The notes under the pieces were generated by a model. The model was given only the letters and a program-made list of their open reading frames with translations, was not told the DNA's origin and ran no database searches. Shown in pieces: positions 55,759 through 64,000 of a stretch of 64,000 nt of DNA; position 1 is the stretch's first letter; each line of letters begins with the position of its first letter. Where the stretch lies: positions 64,001-128,000 of the forward strand of contig CAVSBQ010000002.1 of assembly GCA_963726265.1 (NCBI GenBank), read 5' to 3'. Source of the stretch: Candidatus Aenigmatarchaeota archaeon (GTDB lineage Archaea; Aenigmatarchaeota; Aenigmatarchaeia; QMZP01; QMZT01). The position numbers and the translations under genes were made by a program.

Positions 55759-57456
55759 ATGTCTCTAAAAAAACTCATTTATTTGCTGACGAAGGACACG
55801 GGGATTTTTTTAAGGGACATAAGGAGCTTCATGCTGCTTTTCCTTACGCCTATATTCATAGTCATCCTTGTCGGCGTGGCCTTCCTGAGCACGCAGCCTA
55901 GCAACGTCCCGATAATAATCTGCGGAGAAAGCAGGAGCGGCCTTTACAACGACACCGCCTTTGTCATGAAAAATTCCGGCGTCTTCGACGTCAGGGAATA
56001 CGAGGGCAACTGCGACGAGGTGATTTCGCAGAACATAAAGAATTCCATGGTCAGGGCTGGCATCATAATACCGCCCGAAGGCCTGAACATGACGGTAAGG
56101 ATTCTGATCGACAACACGAAACCGGTGAGCGCTTACATACAATCCTATTTCAACCTCATCACCAAGGACCTCTCCCAGAAGCTGATAAACGCCATGATAG
56201 GAGACATGTGGTCGAACACGCAGAACATTTCCGGCGAGATTGACAAAACCCATGCCGAGCTGGTTTCGAGCGCGGCAACGCTGAATTCCGTTGCCGCGGA
56301 ACTGGACACGAAAAAAAGCGAGGTTGAGGATGCAGCAAGGAGGCTTTCAGCCGTAGAGCTTGCAAAGGTGAACGTGGAAACCTCCCTGCTGACGCTGCAG
56401 GGCATCAAGAACAGCGCGGTGTCCATCTCGTCCAACATAAACAGCGTCGACCAGAGGATGCAGGCGGTTTCCAGCAGCGTTTACTCCATGAACCTGAGCC
56501 CGCCGCTCCAGGCCATGATAATTGACAACATAACCGCCGCGCAGAACAGCCTTATGTTGGCAAGGAGCGGGGTCAACGACCTGGAATGGAACATAAACCG
56601 CACGAAAACGAATCTCGAGGGCTCGGAAAAAATCCTGGATGACGCGGACGTGGGCACGCTTGGGCCCAAGCTGAACGGCATCGCCACCTCGCTTTCGCAG
56701 TCATCGTCGTCCGTCAGGAAAATAAGGGACGACATAAACGCCCTGGCGGACAACCTGCTGGCCGCAAAGGGCTTGATTACGGATTCCATGCAAAAATACA
56801 AGCCGGAGTATTCCGAGCCCGTGAACTCGGAAATAGCGTGGTATTTCGGCAACAAAAGATACATAGACTTCGTCTTCCCGACCATCCTCGTGATGATACT
56901 CATGCTGATGTCCACTTTCCTGGCTTCGACAAGCTTCATCAGACAGAGGAGCACGGGCCTGCTCAAAAGGATTTCGATCTCGCCCACAGGCATGAACTTC
57001 CTGCTGCTAGAAAGGATGATGCTCAACGCCATAATATCTCTGATACCGCTGCCCTTCATCCTGGCCGCCGGGGTGCTAGTCCTGGGCATAAGGATAAACA
57101 TCTCGAACGTGGTGCCCATAATTTTCATCTGCGCCATCCTGAGCCTGGTTTTCGTGCTGCTGGGTCTCATAATAGCAAGCTTTTCGAAAACCGAGAGCAC
57201 GGCAATCCTCGCATCGCTTATAATCGTAATACCGATGATGTTCCTGTCCGGGACATTCACGCCCTACGAGGCATTCCCGCCGCTGCTGAAGCAGGTGGCC
57301 GTTTCCATGCCCATAACCATTTCGGCAAGGCTCATAGAAGGGCTGACGTTCTACGAGCTGCCGCTTCCCATGATGGGCATGCTTGTTGCGTATCTTTTCG
57401 TGTATATCGTGGTGGCGGCAATCGTAGCCAGACTCGTCATGAAAAGAGGGCTTTGA
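55759..57456 (+). CDS. ABC-2 type permease with a large extracellular helical insertion
   Basis: One N-terminal TM, a long amphipathic region, then ~5 TMs with PMMFLSGTF.P. Confidence 0.88.
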   Translation: MSLKKLIYLLTKDTGIFLRDIRSFMLLFLTPIFIVILVGVAFLSTQPSNVPIIICGESRSGLYNDTAFVMKNSGVFDVREYEGNCDEVISQNIKNSMVRAGIIIPPEGLNMTVRILIDNTKPVSAYIQSYFNLITKDLSQKLINAMIGDMWSNTQNISGEIDKTHAELVSSAATLNSVAAELDTKKSEVEDAARRLSAVELAKVNVETSLLTLQGIKNSAVSISSNINSVDQRMQAVSSSVYSMNLSPPLQAMIIDNITAAQNSLMLARSGVNDLEWNINRTKTNLEGSEKILDDADVGTLGPKLNGIATSLSQSSSSVRKIRDDINALADNLLAAKGLITDSMQKYKPEYSEPVNSEIAWYFGNKRYIDFVFPTILVMILMLMSTFLASTSFIRQRSTGLLKRISISPTGMNFLLLERMMLNAIISLIPLPFILAAGVLVLGIRINISNVVPIIFICAILSLVFVLLGLIIASFSKTESTAILASLIIVIPMMFLSGTFTPYEAFPPLLKQVAVSMPITISARLIEGLTFYELPLPMMGMLVAYLFVYIVVAAIVARLVMKRGL

Positions 57457-57486
57457 AAAACGGCATTCTAAAACGGGAAGATGATG

Positions 57487-58383
57487 CTATCTTTTATTTT
57501 TATACCACTCCACCATCTTCTCCAGCTCGCTTTCGAAATCGGCATTCGGCTTGTAGCCCAGCTCTTTCGCTTTCGTGACGTCGTAGTTCCTGTTGATGGT
57601 CAGGACTTTGAGATACGCTCCCATCCCCTTCATGCCAGCGACCAGGCTCACCAGCCAGTAAGGGAGGATTTTCGGCCGTTTGCCGAGAAGCCTTACCAGC
57701 TCGCTTGCGAATTCCATGAACTTCACCGGCTCCTCGTCCGCGATGTTGTAAACGCCTTCGACATTCGTTTTTAACGCGAGCCTGAACGCCTGCGCGGCAT
57801 TCGAGATGTGGGTCACGTGAGTGAGGTTGTTGGTGTTGGGGATGGGGAAGCCCTTTTCGAGCAGCTTAAGGTTCTTCAGCCACTGCGGCGAGCCGGCGCC
57901 GTATATAGGCGCTATCCTGAAAATGACGCTCCGGATGCCGGCATCAAGAATGAGCTTCTCTGCCTCGAGCTTAGACCAGCCGTAGAAGTTCTCCGGGCTT
58001 GTTGGATACGATTCGTCGGCCATGCCGGTGATTTCGCCGTAGACCGAGACGCTCGAGGAAAAGATGATTTTCTTCGCATGGGGGCAGGCTTCGAGAACCG
58101 CCCTCGTGCCCTCGACGTTCACCATGAAAAGCTCGTCCTTCGTTTTAGTGTATGAAACCATGCCCGCCAGGTGGACTATCGTGTCGATGCCTTTCGCCGC
58201 CTTTCTCAGCCCGTCCAGCGTGTCAGGCTTCGTTATGTCGCCTTCGATAATCCTGCATTTGGGATAAAGCTTCTTCGCGTTCGCATAATCCTGCGCCAGC
58301 ACCGCTATGTCCTTCCTGAGGCCGGCGATTTCCCTCATCACGTTTAAGCCTAGGAAGCCGGTCGCGCCCGTGACCAAAAGCAT
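57487..58383 (-). CDS. NAD-dependent epimerase/dehydratase (extended SDR)
   Basis: TGATGFLG, HLAG, SSSVSVYG and YGWSK. Confidence 0.92.
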   Translation of the reverse strand: MLLVTGATGFLGLNVMREIAGLRKDIAVLAQDYANAKKLYPKCRIIEGDITKPDTLDGLRKAAKGIDTIVHLAGMVSYTKTKDELFMVNVEGTRAVLEACPHAKKIIFSSSVSVYGEITGMADESYPTSPENFYGWSKLEAEKLILDAGIRSVIFRIAPIYGAGSPQWLKNLKLLEKGFPIPNTNNLTHVTHISNAAQAFRLALKTNVEGVYNIADEEPVKFMEFASELVRLLGKRPKILPYWLVSLVAGMKGMGAYLKVLTINRNYDVTKAKELGYKPNADFESELEKMVEWYKNKR

Positions 58384-58413
58384 ATTTATATCTAACTTTC
58401 CCAATTTAAAGCT

Positions 58414-59187
58414 ATGAAAATCGGCAAAGTCGAGGCATACCTGCGCGAGACCATCGAGAAGGACGGCGTCGTCTTCTTCGGCCTCATAGACCCGATGGAC
58501 GAAAACAAGGGGAACCCGCTGAAATTCGCGAAGGTCTTCGACGAGGCAGGAGCGGACATCATACTCATAGGAGGCTCGATAGGAGCCGAAGGAGAAACGT
58601 TCAACAACGCCGTCAAGCGCATAAAGGAGGCCGTCAGCAAGCCCGTCGTGCTCTTCCCGGGTAATATCGGCGGCGTTTCCAAGAACGCGGACGCGCTCTA
58701 TTTCATGAGCCTGCTCAATTCCAACAACCCTTACTGGATAACCGGCGCGCAGGCGCTCGCCGCGCCCATGATTGCAGCGTCGAAGCTGGAAGCGATTCCC
58801 ACTTCTTTATTGATAATCGAGCCGGGCGAAACGGTCGGCTGGATAGGAGAGGCGAAGCCCATCCCTTATCACAAGCCCGACATCGCCGTCGCATATGCGC
58901 TCGCAGGCAAGCTGCTGGGCCAGAGGGTGACAATTCTGGAAAGAGGGTCTGGCGCGCCCGGGCCGGCGTCGCCGGAGATGTTCAAGGCGGTCAAGGAAGC
59001 TGTCGGCCATCCGGTCATATGCGCAGGCTCGAGCAAGACCATGGATGACATAAAAACCACCATAATGGCCGGCGCGGACGGCGTGCACATCGCGTCGCTG
59101 GTTCAGCATGCCGAGGACCCGCTGGACATGGCGAAGAAGCTGGTCCACTTCACCAAAGGCGTCGGGAAGGAAAAGCTGAAGAAATAA
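58414..59187 (+). CDS. Geranylgeranylglyceryl phosphate synthase (GGGPS/PcrB family)
   Basis: LIDP, LIGGS, PVVLFPGN, ADALYFMSLLNS..WITGAQ and LERGSGA. Confidence 0.9.
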   Translation: MKIGKVEAYLRETIEKDGVVFFGLIDPMDENKGNPLKFAKVFDEAGADIILIGGSIGAEGETFNNAVKRIKEAVSKPVVLFPGNIGGVSKNADALYFMSLLNSNNPYWITGAQALAAPMIAASKLEAIPTSLLIIEPGETVGWIGEAKPIPYHKPDIAVAYALAGKLLGQRVTILERGSGAPGPASPEMFKAVKEAVGHPVICAGSSKTMDDIKTTIMAGADGVHIASLVQHAEDPLDMAKKLVHFTKGVGKEKLKK

Positions 59188-59203
59188 TTCTGTTTCTTTT
59201 TCT

Positions 59204-59848
59204 TTACAAATTCTCGAGGATGTCCTGCGGATTATTGAGTATCACGTCGGGTCCGAACTTCTCCAGGCGCTCCTTGCTGTGGTAGCCATACGTGACGGCG
59301 ATGAGCTTCGCGACATTCGCAGCTCGTCCGGCAAGCATGTCGACTTCCATGTCGCCGATGAAGGCGCATTCGCTGTGCTTCACGCCGAGCTTCTGCATGG
59401 CGAGCAGTATCTGCGCCGGGTCGGGCTTGAGCTTGTTTATGTCCTTCCCTCCCACCACGACGTCTACGTGCTCTCCGAAGCCGAATTGCGCCAGCAGCCG
59501 CCTGATTATGAACTCGTGCGTGTTGGAGGAGATGCCGATTTTTATGCCGCGCTTCCTCAGGCCCGAAAGCACGTCGGCTATGCCGTGGAAAGGGCGGATT
59601 TCCTTTTCCAGCTGGAGGAAGTATTTTTTGTAGGTCTCGTTGGCTATCTCGATTTCCTCCTGGCTTATGCCGAGCTCCGCGTAGAAGTTCCTGTAGTTGC
59701 CGTCGAGGACATGGGCGAACTCGTCTATGGAATACTGGAACCTCTTGCCCATCTCCCTGCAGACCGCCTTGTAAATCTCGTATATCGTCTTCATCGAGTC
59801 CGCGATGACGCCGTCGAAATCGAATATGACAGCTTTAATCATTAGCAT
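59204..59848 (-). CDS. HAD-family hydrolase (phosphoglycolate phosphatase-like)
   Basis: FDFDGVIADS, SSN, KPDP and FIGDMEVD. Confidence 0.9.
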   Translation of the reverse strand: MLMIKAVIFDFDGVIADSMKTIYEIYKAVCREMGKRFQYSIDEFAHVLDGNYRNFYAELGISQEEIEIANETYKKYFLQLEKEIRPFHGIADVLSGLRKRGIKIGISSNTHEFIIRRLLAQFGFGEHVDVVVGGKDINKLKPDPAQILLAMQKLGVKHSECAFIGDMEVDMLAGRAANVAKLIAVTYGYHSKERLEKFGPDVILNNPQDILENL

Positions 59849-59893
59849 AAATGGGTCGAGCGCTTTTAAATTTAAGCGGCAATTAAAATTTGA

Positions 59894-60409
59894 ATGGAAA
59901 AGATGCGCATGGCGCAGCCTGCGCCGGTCAACAGCCGGCCTTTTCTCATAGGCGGCATAGACGTCGGCTACCACACGTCCATCGCCCTCCTAGACCTCTC
60001 GGGGAGCGTCGTTTATCTCGAGACCTTCGTCCAGCCGCAGAATTCCGACGTCCTCGAACGCATGACCGAGTTGGGCAACGTTCTCATACTCTCGACGGAC
60101 CGCGCCAGGCCGCCGTCGCAGGCTAGGAAAATCGCCGCTTCCATCTCAGCCAAAATGCTTTTGCCAGCAAAAAACATGACCAAGAAGAAGAAGCGCGTCA
60201 TAATCGAGGACTTCGCGGAAAGCGACAAAACCCTGCCGAAGCCGAGGATGAACGACCATGAAAAAGCCGCGCTGGCCTCGGCGATATTCGCCTACCGGAA
60301 ATTCCGCCCGGGATTCAAGAAGCTGGAGGACAGGCTGAAGAAGGAGAATGAAGCAAACCTCGAGAAGAGGAGAAGGGAACTTTTCCTCAGAATGACGAGG
60401 GATATTTGA
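59894..60409 (+). CDS. DUF460-like RNase H-fold protein
   Basis: GIDVGYHTSIALLDLSG..STD..NDHEKAALASA. Confidence 0.75.
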   Translation: MEKMRMAQPAPVNSRPFLIGGIDVGYHTSIALLDLSGSVVYLETFVQPQNSDVLERMTELGNVLILSTDRARPPSQARKIAASISAKMLLPAKNMTKKKKRVIIEDFAESDKTLPKPRMNDHEKAALASAIFAYRKFRPGFKKLEDRLKKENEANLEKRRRELFLRMTRDI

Positions 60410-60422
60410 TTTATCAGACATG

Positions 60423-60680
60423 TTATATTATCTGGCCGAGAAACGTCACGAAATAGCCGCCCTCGCAGCTCGCGACCCATCTTCCAAAAGGAAACCACAT
60501 AACGTTATAGTCGCATAAAAGTTCGCCGGTTTGCTTGTCTATCGTCCCGTCTATGCTGGCTTTTTCCTGCAGCATTCTGTCGTGAAGAGTCTGGTCGTCA
60601 AGCCAGGGCGCCCAAGCCAATAATAACAGGATTGACAAAAATGCAAATACGGCAATTTTTAGGTTTCTGTTCATTTTCAT
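60423..60680 (-). CDS. Small membrane-anchored hypothetical protein
   Basis: N-terminal TM; WFPFGRWVASCEGGYFVTF. Confidence 0.6.
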   Translation of the reverse strand: MKMNRNLKIAVFAFLSILLLLAWAPWLDDQTLHDRMLQEKASIDGTIDKQTGELLCDYNVMWFPFGRWVASCEGGYFVTFLGQII

Positions 60681-60738
60681 AAATTAAAGTTATGATGCAA
60701 GTTATTAAAATTTTCTTAAAACAAGTCCTCCGAAAAGT

Positions 60739-61836
60739 TCATCTGTAATTATCGCTCCAGTATTCTTTCACGGCGTCAAAGCTTTGCCTCTTGAAGAGGG
60801 TTTCCGGTTTTGTTCTGTCTCCGCCAATTAGTCCCCAGTGAACCGGCGTCTCCTGGCCCGGTTCTTGATAGTCGTACAAATCAATAGAGAGCCCGATGAC
60901 TTTGGGGTTGTCGAGAAGGGTTCTCAAGGAATTTACATACTGCTCCTTTTGCCATTCTTCGGAATAGCCTCCTGCCCTGGGATAATTGAAAGGCAAACTA
61001 TCAATATTGTCGGCGGGATATCCCATCGCCCAGACAAAAATTCCCTTGTCAATGGCAGACCATTTGTCCAAAGCTACTTTCAGATCCCCCCAGTCGTCTA
61101 TTTTATCATAAAAACCGCTGGCGACATTGAAGCCGAATGCATCAAAGCTGACATCTGCTTCTATCATCCGTTCAACAAAATCCGCGAGAAGAATTTTCCC
61201 GTGGTCATCCGTGTTGTCAAGGGATTCTTCCGGCCTGAATTCAGTCGGCGTCAGGGGGATGGCAATCTTCGCGCCGGGGTCGATAGTTTTAATTAGTTCA
61301 ACTTCCCATTTGATCCAGTCTATAATCCATGCATTTGTGATATTCTCCTTTATTTCATGGCCGGCGAAATTGGATTCAAGCTCGACCAGATATACGTCAA
61401 CAGTAATATTCCTTTTCTTCGCCTGCTTGACCGCCTCCATGACAAATTCGCCATATTCCTCACTGAACTCGCCATCGATATCATTCTTGTTCACCCATGC
61501 AGGGATATTTGCCGGATTCCAGGCCAGTACGTGCAGTATGCCAATTCTCAAAACCGAATGGTCATATTCCCTTACATTATCCGGGAATGCATCAACCCAG
61601 TTCCACTGGTCATCTGCGGGTTCGAATTTTGACCAGTCATCAAGGTAAATAGGAATCGTGTTTGTGCCAAGTTCCCTGGAAAACTCGCCTCCTGCGTTCG
61701 GGCCTTCGCTGTCGAGTAGCATGAAATCGGCGTTGATTGCGGACGACTGCCCTTGCGGCCACATCTTCAGAACCGCCAAAGAAACAATTGCGATAACAGC
61801 TATTCCGATTATGAGGATTGCGATTTTTTTGACCAT
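60739..61836 (-). CDS. Membrane-anchored glycoside-hydrolase-like TIM-barrel protein
   Basis: Signal anchor; WSKFEPADDQWNW, PAWV, FDAFG, SEEWQKEQY and HWGLI, all typical of clan GH-A. Confidence 0.65.
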   Translation of the reverse strand: MVKKIAILIIGIAVIAIVSLAVLKMWPQGQSSAINADFMLLDSEGPNAGGEFSRELGTNTIPIYLDDWSKFEPADDQWNWVDAFPDNVREYDHSVLRIGILHVLAWNPANIPAWVNKNDIDGEFSEEYGEFVMEAVKQAKKRNITVDVYLVELESNFAGHEIKENITNAWIIDWIKWEVELIKTIDPGAKIAIPLTPTEFRPEESLDNTDDHGKILLADFVERMIEADVSFDAFGFNVASGFYDKIDDWGDLKVALDKWSAIDKGIFVWAMGYPADNIDSLPFNYPRAGGYSEEWQKEQYVNSLRTLLDNPKVIGLSIDLYDYQEPGQETPVHWGLIGGDRTKPETLFKRQSFDAVKEYWSDNYR

Positions 61837-61885
61837 ATAATAATGTTAAAACGTTGACATAAAGTTGATAATAATAAGGCGGGCT

Positions 61886-63050
61886 TTATTTTTCCAGAAC
61901 TAGCATGCTCTCGCGAAGAACGCCCACTTTTTCGACTCTGTGACGCATGCACCAGCGCTTGTTCAGCACGAGGATGTTTTTGACATCGAAGCCGGCCTTT
62001 TCTGCGAGTTGCGAAAGAAGCAAGTCGCTGTCAACCACGCGCTCAGGGAAGCAGCCGTTGCCCACGACAATCGCCAGTTTCGCGCCCGGCTTGCACACGC
62101 GGTAAAGCTCTGAAAGCGAACGACTGCATGTCATGCAAATACGCGTTCGCCGCCAGCGGCAGGTCGGGAAAGAGGATTTCAGGCTCGGCCTTCGTTCCGA
62201 TGAAAGAGCGTATGCCGTGCTCGCCGTCGCGGCTGCCGAAGAACAGAGCCTCCTCGACCCTGTAAATCCTCGTGTATTCTATCTTGTTGAGATAAGGGGG
62301 CGAGGTTATAACGAAATCGATGGCTTCGTCCTGAAGGCGGATATGCCTGGCATCGCCTTCCTCGATGATGGTTCTGCATTTCTTCCCCCCAGCCGTCTTG
62401 TGCTTTTTGAGGTCGTGGAGCATGTGCTTTATCCTTGCGAAATAGACCTTGCGGAACGGCGGGACGGGATGCTTTTTGAACTTCAGCGCGCCGCCATCCT
62501 TGAACATGTAGGAACAGCGTGTTGCCGTGGTTATGAGCGCGAGCTTGAAGAAGTCTCGGATTTCATGGTCATGTATCGCGCTCAGCTGGTGCCTGAAGAA
62601 CAGGACGTCATCGAGCGTGTGCGGATTGAAGAAGCGCCTTACGTCGCCAGGGACCATCGTCCTGTCGGGCATCTCGAACCTCGACTGCCTCAGCGAAGCG
62701 AAGGCCTCCTTTAGCTTTGCGACGTCGTAACTCCTGCATTTGACCGTGGCGGCGAAGAGCGCGAGCGGGGAGATGTCGAAACCCACGGAGTTAATGCCGC
62801 GCTCGCGGCACGCGAGGTTCGTCGTCCCGACCCCGCAGAACGGGTCGAGCACGAAGGTTTTGGATGACGCCTTGGCGTTGAACATGTCCAGGACATTCAG
62901 CACCAGGTTGCGGGAATAGCCCTCCTTGTAATAGAACCAGTTGTAGACGGGCGAAAACTTGTTGGGGACGAAGGTCGCGTCCTCGCCCCACTCGGGCCTT
63001 TCGTGCAGCATGCCGTGCATTCCGGCGCCCCTGTAGTTCTTCATGGACAT
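61886..63050 (-). CDS. DNA amino-methyltransferase (probably N4-cytosine); frameshift near 62120
   Basis: Motif I DPFCGVGTT precedes motif IV ITSPPY; the C-terminal LSELYRVCKPG..VVGN lies in the second frame. Confidence 0.85.
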
Positions 63051-63108
63051 GATTTTAATTAGAGCAAGCCGATATTATAATATATAGGCCTTGGGACACT
63101 GTGATTTG

Positions 63109-64000
63109 ATGAAACCTGCAGAATCTCAATTTTATGTCATAAAAAAAGCCGACCTATCACGGTTTATGGATTCCCTAGCCGCTAAATTCAGGGTTTTTGC
63201 GCCTTCCGAGGCGGGCGGCGAGTGGAACTTCGCTGAGGTAAAGGCATGGGGCGACGTTGACCTGAAAGAATATATCAACACCGAATTCCCGCCCAAAAGG
63301 TTCTTCCTTCCGGACGGCGAGGTGCTGGCGGAATACGACAAAGGAGGCACCATAAAAGAGGCCCAGCTGAAGGACAGACTGGTGATTTTCGGGGTGAGGC
63401 CGTGCGACACCCACGCGCTCGACGTCCTGGACAGGGTCATGCTCCCAGGCTGCGCCGACTCCTATTCCGACTCTTATTACAAGAAGCGCAGGGAAGCGGC
63501 GCTAATATTCGCCCTCGAGTGCACGAAGGCTGGCGAACATTGTTTCTGCGAATCCATGAAAACGTGCGAGGCGATTGGCTTCGACCTGCTTTTCAGCGAC
63601 ATGGGGAAGGAATTCCTGGTCAAGACCGGCAGCGAGCAAGGCAAGGCGCTCGTCGCCGGGAACAGGCTTTTCAAAAGAGCCAAGATGCCGGAACTGAACA
63701 AAGCGGCGAAGACGAAGCCTGCGAAGCTCGTGTTCGCGAAAAGGCTGGACACGAAAGGCCTGGAAAGGATAATGAATTTTTCATTTCACAGCAAGGTCTG
63801 GGAAGACGCGGCGAAGCGCTGCCTTTCCTGCGCGTCGTGCACGAGCGTATGCCCGACTTGCTACTGTTTTGACATTATGCACGAGGGCAACATGGGCGCG
63901 CAGGGCAGCCTGGGAAGCGGCAGGGTGATGAGGACCTGCAGCTACTGCATGCTGAAACCCTTCACGCGGGTGGCGGGCAACCGCTTCAGTCGCGGGCCGA
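63109..64000 (+). CDS. 4Fe-4S protein, sulfhydrogenase (group 3b [NiFe]-hydrogenase) beta / AsrA-like subunit; truncated by the window end
   Basis: Own translation from the ATG at 63109: PPKRFFLP, IFGVRPCD, YYKKRR, CFC and CLSCASCTSVCPTCYCF. Confidence 0.85.
   Translation, partial: MKPAESQFYVIKKADLSRFMDSLAAKFRVFAPSEAGGEWNFAEVKAWGDVDLKEYINTEFPPKRFFLPDGEVLAEYDKGGTIKEAQLKDRLVIFGVRPCDTHALDVLDRVMLPGCADSYSDSYYKKRREAALIFALECTKAGEHCFCESMKTCEAIGFDLLFSDMGKEFLVKTGSEQGKALVAGNRLFKRAKMPELNKAAKTKPAKLVFAKRLDTKGLERIMNFSFHSKVWEDAAKRCLSCASCTSVCPTCYCFDIMHEGNMGAQGSLGSGRVMRTCSYCMLKPFTRVAGNRFSRGP

Overview
Archaeal chromosomal segment, identified by TBP, an HMf-type histone, eIF2-gamma, archaeal LeuRS, GGGP synthase and an intron-containing tRNA-Arg. 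Gene content suggests a DPANN-type lineage such as Aenigmatarchaeota, but that is inference. The first 12 kb is a surface-structure operon: two giant Cys/Asp-rich repeat proteins flanking a type IV pilin-like gene. The rest is mostly housekeeping and membrane-lipid genes (tetraether synthase Tes, GGGPS, Ino1, CDP-alcohol phosphatidyltransferase, two cis-prenyltransferases), pdxST, Rad50, an ABC exporter, a DNA methyltransferase and the start of a group 3b hydrogenase beta-type gene, with scattered AT-richer ORFans. Four signals stand out. (1) The 143-nt intron of tRNA-Arg(UCU) carries a K-turn and a 12-nt guide complementary to the spliced anticodon loop of its own tRNA, pointing at wobble U34. 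(2) A catalytic-domain-only tyrosine recombinase and a winged-helix gene are enclosed by ~100-bp AT-rich inverted repeats. (3) A 1760-aa surface protein has an internal signal peptide and an apparently split beta-sandwich domain. (4) A 30-bp palindrome lies between tes and a divergent GbsR-like regulator. Several single-base frameshifts, including one in leuS, suggest assembly indel errors. All family assignments come from motif recognition by eye, not from database searches.
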